Shown piece by piece: positions 1-8,503 of a stretch of 64,000 nucleotides of DNA; position 1 is the stretch's first letter; each line of letters opens with the position of its first letter. The notes below the pieces were generated by a model. That model searched no databases, was not told the origin of the DNA, and saw only the letters and a program-made list of their open reading frames with translations. The stretch is taken from positions 18,475-82,474 of the forward strand of contig JAFCEE010000001.1 in assembly GCA_017609285.1 (NCBI GenBank), written 5' to 3'. Both the position numbers and the translations under genes were made by a program. Source of the stretch: Candidatus Pacearchaeota archaeon. Lineage in GTDB: Archaea > Nanobdellota > Nanobdellia > Pacearchaeales > GW2011-AR1.

Positions 1-85
1 TAAAGCCGAATTTAAAAAACCACCTACAATAATAGGTGTAAAATAAGATGGTTAAATATAAAAATACTCTCCTTGTAACTTTAAT

Positions 86-361
86 ATGAAAAAAGCAGTA
101 AGAGTTTATTTTTTTGGTACCGTACAGGGGGTTTTTTTCAGAGCTTTTATTAAAGAGAAGGCTGATAAATTAGGAGTAAAAGGTTATGTCAGAAATAAAG
201 AAGATGGTTCTTTAGAAGCGTGGTTTGAAGGCAATAGTAGGGATGTAAATAAAATGATAGAGGTATGTAAAAAAGGACCCCGGCATGCTATAATTAAAAG
301 ATTAGACATAGTTGATGAGTACATACAAGGAATGAAAGATTTTAAAATAATAAGATTTTAG
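86..361 (+). CDS. acyP: acylphosphatase
   Basis: 91 aa. Carries both acylphosphatase signatures: V-x-G-x-VQGVFFR and GYVRN...G-x-x-E. Confidence 0.8.
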   Translation: MKKAVRVYFFGTVQGVFFRAFIKEKADKLGVKGYVRNKEDGSLEAWFEGNSRDVNKMIEVCKKGPRHAIIKRLDIVDEYIQGMKDFKIIRF

Positions 362-391
362 TAAAGTAATAAAAATTTTTAAAAAAGGAAG

Positions 392-1882
392 ATGGGTAGA
401 GAAAAAGAAATAATTAAAGAAAGATTAAGAAAAATAGAGGAATTAAAAAAGTTAGGGGTTAATCCTTATTCTTATTCTTATGCTAAGGAACAGAATGTAA
501 AAGGGTTACAAGAAAGATACAAGAAACTTAAGGCAGGAGAGAGAACAAAAACAAAAGTGAAAGTAGCTGGCAGAGTAATGGTAATAAGAGATATGGGCAA
601 GCTAATTTTTGCCGATTTAAGAGATGAAAGTGAGAAGATACAATTGCAGTTACAAGAGGATATTGTAGGAAAAAAACAAATAAAATTTTTTAAGAAATTT
701 ATTGACGCTGGTGATTTTATTGGTGTTGAAGGAAAGATAATAAAGACAAAAAGAGGAGAACTTACAATTTTAGTTTCTAAATTAGAATTGCTGACAAAAT
801 CTTTATTGCCATTGCCTGAAAAATGGCACGGCTTAGTTGATAAAGAAGAAAGATATAGGAAAAGATATCTTGATTTAATAATGAATCCTGAAGTTAAGGA
901 GGTTTTCATGATTAGAGGAAAAATTCTTGAAGCTATAAGAGAATTTATGGACAAAAATAACTTTGTTGAGATTGAAACTCCTTTACTTCAACCAGTTTAC
1001 GGAGGAGCTACAGCAAAGCCATTTAAGACACATTGTGATGCTTATAATTCAGATTTATATTTGAGTATAGCCCCAGAGCTTTATCTGAAAAAAGCATTGG
1101 TGGGAGGTTTTAGTAGAGTTTATGAGATAACTAAAAAATTTAGGAATGAAGGGGTTGACAGGCAGCACAATCCAGAACATATGACAATTGAGTGGTATCA
1201 GGGATATGCAGATTATAATGATGGAATGAAAATGTTTGAGGAGTTGATTAAATATATAGCTAAAAAATTATTTGGAAAGTTGGTTTTTGAGTATCAGGGG
1301 GAGAAAATTGATTTGAGAAAATGGAAAAAAATTTCCCTAATTCAGGCAATTAAAAAATATTTAGGGGTTGATGTGGAAAAGGTAAAGACAGATGAAGAAG
1401 CTAGAAAAATAGCTAAAAAACAAGGTATAAATCATGAAGGCATAACAAGAGCAAATCTGCCTGATGAATTAATGAAATTATTTAGAGGGAAACTTATTCA
1501 GCCAACCTTTTTAATAGATTATCCGATTGAACTTGCTCCATTAGCTAAGCCAAAGAGAGGTGATCCTTCAAAAGCAGAAATATTTCAACCATTTATTGGG
1601 GGGCTTGAATTGGCTAGAGCTTATTCTGAATTAAATGACCCTTTTCTTCAAAAAAAGCATTTTGAAGAGCAAGAAGAAGAAAGGAAGAGAGGAAACAAAG
1701 AAGCTATGCCTACAGATAGGGATTTTGTTGAAGCATTAAAATATGGCATGCCTCCTGCCTGTGGTGTTGGAATTGGAATTGAAAGGCTAGTTATGTTATT
1801 TACTAATCAGTCCAGTATAAGAGACGTTATATTGTTTCCGTTTATGAAACCTCAAAAATCTAAAATTTCGGAGGAAAAATGA
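392..1882 (+). CDS. lysS: lysine--tRNA ligase, class II
   Basis: 496 aa. N-terminal OB anticodon-binding domain, the RYRKRYLDLI motif typical of LysRS, and class II motifs 2/3 (FRNEG..., GxGIGIERL). Confidence 0.85.
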   Translation: MGREKEIIKERLRKIEELKKLGVNPYSYSYAKEQNVKGLQERYKKLKAGERTKTKVKVAGRVMVIRDMGKLIFADLRDESEKIQLQLQEDIVGKKQIKFFKKFIDAGDFIGVEGKIIKTKRGELTILVSKLELLTKSLLPLPEKWHGLVDKEERYRKRYLDLIMNPEVKEVFMIRGKILEAIREFMDKNNFVEIETPLLQPVYGGATAKPFKTHCDAYNSDLYLSIAPELYLKKALVGGFSRVYEITKKFRNEGVDRQHNPEHMTIEWYQGYADYNDGMKMFEELIKYIAKKLFGKLVFEYQGEKIDLRKWKKISLIQAIKKYLGVDVEKVKTDEEARKIAKKQGINHEGITRANLPDELMKLFRGKLIQPTFLIDYPIELAPLAKPKRGDPSKAEIFQPFIGGLELARAYSELNDPFLQKKHFEEQEEERKRGNKEAMPTDRDFVEALKYGMPPACGVGIGIERLVMLFTNQSSIRDVILFPFMKPQKSKISEEK

Positions 1883-2067
1883 CAAACCTAATTATAAAAA
1901 GCAACATTAAGAAAGTTGTGAAAGAAATTGATAAAGAAGAGAATGTCCCTAATGTTGCAGGAGATGTGGCTGAAGAATTGAATAAGAAGGTTATAGAGAT
2001 TTTGGAGAAAGCTGTCGATAGGGCAAAGAAAAATCAAAGAAGAACTTTATATGCAAGGGATTTGTGA
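1879..2067 (+). CDS. archaeal histone-fold protein
   Basis: 62 aa. Histone-fold pattern (IxKxxVKRI..., RRTLYARDL resembles the HMf C-terminus RKTIKAEDI). ATGA start/stop overlap with lysS. Confidence 0.55.
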   Translation: MTNLIIKSNIKKVVKEIDKEENVPNVAGDVAEELNKKVIEILEKAVDRAKKNQRRTLYARDL

Positions 2068-2230
2068 TAGTAGATATTAAAAATTAGTTAATGATAGGAA
2101 AAGATCCTAAAAATTCTCATTATTATCTTTAATTTTAATTAACTTAAGATTTAAAAATCTATTTCTGTTTTCTTTATTATGGGTAATAAAGAAAATCAAG
2201 ATTTTCTAACTTGACATTTTAGGGGGGAAA

Positions 2231-2617
2231 ATGTCAAATAAAGAAAAGGGTAGCAAAGCTGAAAGAGAACTTTATCAGATGTTTATAGAGAATGGTTACC
2301 GTGCTGTAAGAGTAGCTGGTTCAGGAATGGCTGAAAATACTTCTTGTGACCTGATAGCTGGAAAAAAAGGCAAGAAGTTTTCTATCGAAGTTAAGTCAAG
2401 TAAAAAGCCAGCAAAATATATTGATAAAAAACAAATTGAAGAATTTTTAATTTTTTCAGAAATATTTGGTTTGAAGCCAATTGTGGCAGTTAGGTTTAAT
2501 AGACATGGGTGGTTTTTTTTAAAGCCAAAACATCTAGAAGACTCTGGCAAGTTTTGGAAAATTTCTTTAGATAAGGCAAGAAAAAAAGGAAAAAGGTTTG
2601 GGCAGATGTTTGGATAA
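2231..2617 (+). CDS. hjc: Holliday junction resolvase Hjc
   Basis: 128 aa. N-terminus KGSKAERELYQMFIENGYRAVRVAGSG and DLIAGKKGKKFSIEVKSSKK match the Hjc PD-(D/E)xK core (ERE...SG...D...EVK). G-rich Shine-Dalgarno (GGGGGG) upstream. Confidence 0.75.
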   Translation: MSNKEKGSKAERELYQMFIENGYRAVRVAGSGMAENTSCDLIAGKKGKKFSIEVKSSKKPAKYIDKKQIEEFLIFSEIFGLKPIVAVRFNRHGWFFLKPKHLEDSGKFWKISLDKARKKGKRFGQMFG

Positions 2618-2980
2618 TTAGGCAGAAATTTTCTCTCTTGAAATTTGTGAAGGAATATACCATTCTGAATTGAGAAGATAATGCCCTTTATCTTTTTGTA
2701 AAACCCCACATTCAACCATATTTTCCAATACTTCTTTAACGTTATTTTCTTTTCTTCTATATCTTTTCCAGAACATTTCAAAAGAAAAACAATGCTTTCA
2801 TAAGTGAGATAGTTTCCTTCATCTGCCAGTGTAGAGAAAATACTAAAAACCGAATTTTCTAAATCACTTATGGAATTTGGACTATAAACTATCCTATGTA
2901 TAGGTTTGGGACTTTTAAAAATTTTATCAAAATAAAAATTTTATTTGAATATAAAAGACAGCAGTTAAGTTTATAATTTC

Positions 2981-3583
2981 TTGGTTCTTTATGAAGATAT
3001 GAAGTATAATTATAAAGCAAAAGAGATAGTTTTGAATAGAGAACTAAGCAATCTTGATAAGCTTGTTTTAAATTTCATAAAGATTTTAGAAAAATATACA
3101 GATTATGTAATTGTTTCAGATTATGTTTCTATAATTTTAGGAAGAGCAAGAGCTACAGAGGATGTTGATGTTTTTATTGAAAAAATAGATAAAAGTAAAT
3201 TCTTAAGTTTATATAAAGAATTGTAAGAAAAAGGGTTTTGGTGTATAAATGGAGAATCTGGAGATGAAGTTTTTAGTTATCTTGAAAATAAGATGGCAAT
3301 TAGATTCGCGAGAAAAAATGAAGCTGTACCAAATTTTGAAATTAAGTTTCCAAAAACAAAATTAGATGAAGAAACATTTGAAGATTCAGTTACAGTTGTT
3401 TTAAAAAAGGGAATAATAAAGATATCTTCTTTAGAAAGACAGGTAGCTTTTAAAAGATATTTTCTAAAATCAGATAAGGATGTTGAAGATGCGATACATA
3501 TTGAAGAGTTATTTAAAAATAAATTAGACTACGGAAAAATTAATAAATTAAAAGAGCGTATAGAGAGCAGGGAAAATGGATAA
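2981..3583 (+). pseudogene. pol-beta superfamily nucleotidyltransferase, interrupted by an in-frame TAA
   Basis: ORFs 2981..3226 and 3293..3583 are in the same frame (3293-3227 is divisible by 3). The 66 nt between them is stop-free (…LYKEL*EKGFWCINGESGDEVFSYLENKMAIRF…). The N-terminal part has the NTase motif LGRARATEDVDVFI. Confidence 0.45.
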
Positions 3584-3977
3584 AAAATTTGATGAAAGCT
3601 CTAATGAATTGTGGTGTCCAGGAGCCTATATTAAAAAAATAATCCCTGAAGAAGTAGAAAAAATAAAGAAAACTTTAAATAAATCATATAAAGAAGATAT
3701 GAAATTTAATTGTAAGAAATGTGGGAAGAAAATTTCTGCTCATAACAAGGATTGGCATGATAATCTATGTGATGATTGTTTTAATGAAACTTATTTTCCA
3801 GAAGAAGCTGAATCTAAGATTAAAAATAAAAAAATTTTTATGAAGCCTGGGAAAAATAATAAAGAAGATAGGATTAATTTTGTTAGGTTTTGGGTTAATT
3901 ACATTAAAAGCCATAAAGATGAGGAATGGAGTAAACAGCAGAATGAAGTTATAAATGCTCAAATTAGAGAGTCTTGA
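3576..3977 (+). CDS. hypothetical zinc-ribbon protein
   Basis: 133 aa with CKKCGKK...H...CDDC; overlaps the upstream ORF end by 8 nt. Confidence 0.45.
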   Translation: MDKKFDESSNELWCPGAYIKKIIPEEVEKIKKTLNKSYKEDMKFNCKKCGKKISAHNKDWHDNLCDDCFNETYFPEEAESKIKNKKIFMKPGKNNKEDRINFVRFWVNYIKSHKDEEWSKQQNEVINAQIRES

Positions 3978-4018
3978 TTTTCAGTTAAATTTAAATCTTC
4001 CTTTTCATTCTTTTATAC

Positions 4019-4441
4019 ATGGAAAAAGAGATTAAGAGTATTTTTTGGGGGATGATAATAATTTTTGTTTTAATTATAAGTTACTTTTTTATTCCAGGTT
4101 TAGATAGTATAAGAAGAGAGGCATTCATTTTTGTTGCTATTTTAGGATTTATCTTATTAATTTTAGGAATAATTTTAATTTATAGAACTATAAAACTAAA
4201 GAAAAAAGGGAAAGAAAAATTATTTTTTATTTTAACAGGAATTTCTCCTGCAGGAATGGTTTTAGGAAGTATTTTGCATAATTTTTTTTATGCTTTAGGA
4301 ATTATTTTTGAGGATAATATTCTTTTGAATAAATTTTTTGAAATTTTACACGTGACAAGTTTTTTATTATCATTAATTGTTTTTCCAGTATTATTTATAA
4401 TTGGTGCAATAGGAATAATTTTAATCGAAAGGAAAAAATGA
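4019..4441 (+). CDS. hypothetical integral membrane protein
   Basis: 140 aa with four predicted TM helices; ATGA overlap with the downstream gene. Confidence 0.45.
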   Translation: MEKEIKSIFWGMIIIFVLIISYFFIPGLDSIRREAFIFVAILGFILLILGIILIYRTIKLKKKGKEKLFFILTGISPAGMVLGSILHNFFYALGIIFEDNILLNKFFEILHVTSFLLSLIVFPVLFIIGAIGIILIERKK

Positions 4442-5460
4442 AACAAGCATTATTTTATAATAAAATTAGTGAGAAAGAGAAGACAGTTCAGTGTCAATTA
4501 TGTCCTAGATTTTGTGTTTTAAAGCCTGGAGAACTTGGAAATTGTAAAGTAAGGAAAAATATTAATGGAAAACTTTATAGTTTAGTTTATGGTAGGCCCT
4601 GTTCTTTAGCCTTAGACCCAATTGAAAAAAAACCTCTCTACCACTTTTTACCTGGAGAAAGGGCTTTGAGTATCGCAACAGCAGGATGTAACTTGCATTG
4701 TAAACATTGTCAAAACTGGGAAATTAGTCAGTTTGGTCTTGATAAAGTTAAAAGTTTGGAGGTAAAGCCAGAAGAAGTAGTTAAGGAAGCTAAAAAAAAT
4801 AAAGCTGAAATAATTTCTTATACATACACAGAACCAACTATTTTCTACGAGTATATGATAGATATTTGTAAATTGGTCAAAAAAGTAAAAAAACCCAAAA
4901 TGAGAAATACAATTGTAAGTAATGGCTTCATAAATCCAGAGCCTTTAAAAGAATTATGTAAATATCTTGACGGAGCAAATATCGACTTAAAAAGTATAGA
5001 TGATGAATTTTATAGGCATATATGTGGAGGGAGGGTTGAGCCTGTATTAAAAGCAATAAAAATAATGAAAGAAAAAGATATTTGGATTGAACTTACAAAT
5101 TTGTTAATTCCAGGCTTGAATGACTCTACTGAACAAATAGAAAAACTTGTATGGTGGATTAAGAAAAATCTTGGTAGAGATGTACCATTACATTTTACAG
5201 CTTTTTATCCTACTTATAAGCTTTTGAATTTGCCATCTACTTCTCTTTCTACATTAAGAAAAGCAAGAAACATAGCTTTATCAAAAGGTTTACATTATGT
5301 CTATACTGGTAACTTGCCAGATGAAGAAGGTTCTAATACAAGATGTCCTAAATGTGGAAAGACTGTTATAAAAAGAAAGGGTTTTGAGGTTATAGAAAAT
5401 AATTTAAAAAAAGGAAAATGTCCTGAATGTAATGAGAAAATTGCAGGTGTTTGGAGTTAG
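4438..5460 (+). CDS. AmmeMemoRadiSam-system radical SAM enzyme (PflA-like activase family)
   Basis: 340 aa. N-terminal Cys cluster (CQLCPRFC...C) plus radical SAM CNLHCKHC (CxxxCxxC). C-terminal CPKCGK...CPEC zinc ribbon. Confidence 0.75.
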   Translation: MKQALFYNKISEKEKTVQCQLCPRFCVLKPGELGNCKVRKNINGKLYSLVYGRPCSLALDPIEKKPLYHFLPGERALSIATAGCNLHCKHCQNWEISQFGLDKVKSLEVKPEEVVKEAKKNKAEIISYTYTEPTIFYEYMIDICKLVKKVKKPKMRNTIVSNGFINPEPLKELCKYLDGANIDLKSIDDEFYRHICGGRVEPVLKAIKIMKEKDIWIELTNLLIPGLNDSTEQIEKLVWWIKKNLGRDVPLHFTAFYPTYKLLNLPSTSLSTLRKARNIALSKGLHYVYTGNLPDEEGSNTRCPKCGKTVIKRKGFEVIENNLKKGKCPECNEKIAGVWS

Positions 5461-6604
5461 TCTGTTTAACTTGTTAATTTTAATTTTTTTTATTAATTTG
5501 GTTTTTGCTGTTAAGATAAATGAGGTTATGCCAAAAACCCCAGAATATGTTGAGATTTACAATGAAAATAGTGATATATTAAATTTAAGCAAGTGGAAAA
5601 TAAAAGACAGTTCTAATTCAGAAGATTCAATAACCTGCTATAACATTCCAAACTGCTCACTTTTAACTAACTCAACTTATTTTTTAATAATTGGTAGAAA
5701 TACTAATATAACTGAAATAACAAATAAAGAAATAACATATTTTTATGTTGAAACCAAAACAATAGCAGATAATTTAAATGATAATGGAGATAATCTCACT
5801 TTTTTCAATTCAACTTTTTCTACAAATTTTTTCTATAATATCACAGAGGTAAACAGAAGTTGGCAACTCTATAATGGTGCATGGCAAATATGTGAGCCAA
5901 CTCCAGGTTTTGCAAATTTCTGTCAGGAGAAGAATCAGACAGATAATAATCAAAACCAAACCAATCAAACTTCTGAGATAATACAAAATTCAACAAAACC
6001 AGAAACCTCTCTTGAATTAGATTGTAAAGAAGAGATAAGAAACGGCGAAGAATTTAAAGTAAAAGTAAAAGTTTACAATTTAGGAGACGAAAGTTATGAT
6101 GTTAAGGTATGGCTAAGTTTTGATAATAAAACAATTTCTGAAACTTATAATAAAAAAGAAAATGGGTGGAAGTCTAGTGGGTATTATATAAATAAAATTT
6201 TTTCTGGACCCGGAAATAAAACTGAAACTTTTGAGTTGAGGATAAAAGAAAAATATAGGGACATTTATGGAAACGCTAAAATAAAGGCTAGAATAAGAAT
6301 TTCTGGAAATAATGAATATGTAGTTGAAGTTAGTTGGGATATTGAGGTTATAGAAAGTTTGGAGAAAAAAGAGATTAATCAAACAATAATAGAAGAAACC
6401 AACCAGACAACAATATCTCGCGAAAAGAAAAAAGAAGAGACAAGCATAATAAAATTAAATAATCCAAAAAATATAAAAATACAAGAAAATTATGGAATAG
6501 AAGTATATAAATCAAAAACACAGCTCATTAGAGAATATGCTATTTATGGTTTTGCTCTGTTTTGTGTTTTTGTTATTATTGTTTTGTTAATTAAAAAATT
6601 CTAA
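5432..6604 (+). CDS. surface protein with lamin-tail domain, N-terminal signal peptide and C-terminal TM anchor
   Basis: 390 aa. LTD motif INEVMP..PEYVEIYNENSDILNLSKWKIKD, many N-x-S/T sequons, C-terminal hydrophobic anchor ALFCVFVIIVLLI-KKF. Confidence 0.55.
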   Translation: MRKLQVFGVSLFNLLILIFFINLVFAVKINEVMPKTPEYVEIYNENSDILNLSKWKIKDSSNSEDSITCYNIPNCSLLTNSTYFLIIGRNTNITEITNKEITYFYVETKTIADNLNDNGDNLTFFNSTFSTNFFYNITEVNRSWQLYNGAWQICEPTPGFANFCQEKNQTDNNQNQTNQTSEIIQNSTKPETSLELDCKEEIRNGEEFKVKVKVYNLGDESYDVKVWLSFDNKTISETYNKKENGWKSSGYYINKIFSGPGNKTETFELRIKEKYRDIYGNAKIKARIRISGNNEYVVEVSWDIEVIESLEKKEINQTIIEETNQTTISREKKKEETSIIKLNNPKNIKIQENYGIEVYKSKTQLIREYAIYGFALFCVFVIIVLLIKKF

Positions 6605-6686
6605 AAATTAAATTGAGAATTTAACTTAAAAGTATGATTTAGACTATAAAGCGAACCTTTATAAATAAATCAGTAGTAATAAAAAA

Positions 6687-7172
6687 ATGACAGAAAGTGT
6701 AAGAGCAATATTGATATTAGAAATTTTGGGTAGGCCAGCAGGACATGTAAAGGAAATTCTTTCTAAAATAATAGAAAAATTAGAAAAGGAAAAAAATGTT
6801 CGTTTGTTAGATAAGAGAATAGCTGAGCCAAAAGAAATAGAGGGTCAAGAAAATATTTTTACTAGTTTTGCTGAAGTTGAGATAGAAACTAACTTACAAA
6901 CATTAATGCTATTGATTTTTGCATATATGCCCTCCCATATAGACATAATTACACCAGAAGACTTAAGAATTAAGAATTCTGACCTGAATTTATTTTTAAA
7001 TGAGTTAGCAAGAAAATTACACCGGTATGATGAATTGGCGAAGACATTAATGATGGAAAGACAAATTATAGCCAAGCAAATTCAAGAAGGAAAGCTAAAA
7101 ATAGAGGGGGGTGAAAGAAAGAAGAGGATAAAGAAAGAGGAGAGTGGTGGAAAAAAGAAAACAAAGAAGTAA
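6687..7172 (+). CDS. hypothetical protein with K/E-rich tail
   Basis: 161 aa ORF, no recognisable motif. Confidence 0.4.
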   Translation: MTESVRAILILEILGRPAGHVKEILSKIIEKLEKEKNVRLLDKRIAEPKEIEGQENIFTSFAEVEIETNLQTLMLLIFAYMPSHIDIITPEDLRIKNSDLNLFLNELARKLHRYDELAKTLMMERQIIAKQIQEGKLKIEGGERKKRIKKEESGGKKKTKK

Positions 7173-7192
7173 AAAGTTAAAAAAGAAAAAAT

Positions 7193-8467
7193 CTAAGTTC
7201 TAGATAATCTTCCTCTAATTTCTTTTGGTTTAAATCTTTCTTCATATTTCTCTGCTTTTTCTTTTAAAATTTCTTTTTGTGTCTTTTTTCTTGTCCTTAG
7301 CTTTTTAAAGACAAAAAATCCTATTAAAGCTAAAATAAGTATAATAACAATTAAAGCTATTATTTTTCCTATTCCGGTTTCTTCTTTTTTGCATTTTCCA
7401 AGACAACATAGACCATCTATAGTTAACTTTGAAATACCCTCGCATTTTTCATCTTTTTCACAAAACAATCCACCTAATTCAGAACAAGTTTCTTCTTGTG
7501 TAATTTCAAATTCTTCAATTACCTCTTCGAGTTCTTCTTCATCTTCTAAAGTTATTATTGTTATAAAAGATTGAGCGGTATAATTTCCTGAATATGCGAA
7601 CAATGTTCCATTGCAAATCCCTTCTTTATTTGAGTTGATGGTCAAATTTATTTTTTGTGATGTGCCTGCAGATAATTTGATTATTTTTTCAGGATTTATT
7701 GTTATTATATCTTTTAGATTTGTTGAGATTGAGAGATTGTTTATATCCTCCTGCCCTATGTTTAGGAGAGTAACTTCAAATTGAAAGTCTGAGTTTTTTA
7801 AAACTGTAAAATTTTTTAGAGCTTTAGAAAATCTTAAGTTATTTAAAGTTTTTAGTTCTTCAGAAATTTCAGTAGAAAATATAACAACAGGGATTTTATA
7901 TGTTGTATCTTCAGCTGAAAAAGTTATGGTTGTTACAGTAAAATTTTTTATTCCAGAAATTGAAAAAGGTATTTTTTTAGTTTGTCCTACTCCAATTTCA
8001 ATTTCTTTAGTTGAGTTTAAAAATTCTGTTCTAAGGTTTATAGATTTAATTTTACTTTCTACATTAATATCAAAGTTTTTATCAGTTATTATGAAACCTG
8101 GATTAATTGAAAATGGTGTAATATTACCAGAAACTGAAAAATTATATTTTAAGTCCTCTTGTACTTCTTGACCCACTTCTACATAGTGGGCGTTTTTTAT
8201 AATTAAGGTATAATCCCTTTCTTTTTCTGGAAGTAGGGCATAAATATAATATGTATTTTGAATTTTGGTAAGGTCGTAAACTAAAGGAATATATAGTCTA
8301 CCAGAATAAAACAGGATATCAGATGGTTTTAGAGGTTTGATAAAATTGCCTGAAATCTTTATTATTAAAGTTTCTCCTGGCTTATACTTCTCTTTAAGAT
8401 TTGTTTCTATTGCTAAGACAAAAGGCAGAAATAAAAAAATAAGCAAAAACACCAGACTCTTTTTCAT
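7193..8467 (-). CDS. secreted Cys-module surface protein with C-terminal TM anchor
   Basis: 424 aa. Signal peptide, many N-glycosylation sequons, acidic linker. Cys module CSELGGLFC...CCLGKC precedes the TM helix and a basic cytoplasmic tail. Confidence 0.55.
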   Translation of the reverse strand: MKKSLVFLLIFLFLPFVLAIETNLKEKYKPGETLIIKISGNFIKPLKPSDILFYSGRLYIPLVYDLTKIQNTYYIYALLPEKERDYTLIIKNAHYVEVGQEVQEDLKYNFSVSGNITPFSINPGFIITDKNFDINVESKIKSINLRTEFLNSTKEIEIGVGQTKKIPFSISGIKNFTVTTITFSAEDTTYKIPVVIFSTEISEELKTLNNLRFSKALKNFTVLKNSDFQFEVTLLNIGQEDINNLSISTNLKDIITINPEKIIKLSAGTSQKINLTINSNKEGICNGTLFAYSGNYTAQSFITIITLEDEEELEEVIEEFEITQEETCSELGGLFCEKDEKCEGISKLTIDGLCCLGKCKKEETGIGKIIALIVIILILALIGFFVFKKLRTRKKTQKEILKEKAEKYEERFKPKEIRGRLSRT

Positions 8468-8503
8468 ATTTTGATAAGAAAAAAGGCATTAATAAATTTT
8501 ACT

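Noticed and set aside
478-954. Minus-strand 158-aa ORF inside lysS
   Set aside because: Antisense to a confidently identified aaRS gene; low-complexity S/F/L-rich translation typical of antisense frames in AT-rich DNA.
2296-2781. Minus-strand 161-aa ORF overlapping hjc by about 320 nt
   Set aside because: The hjc assignment is strong. The 2618..2781 non-overlapping part (and its stop-free extension to about 2940 without an ATG) might hide a small gene, but no motif was recognised and no start codon fits.
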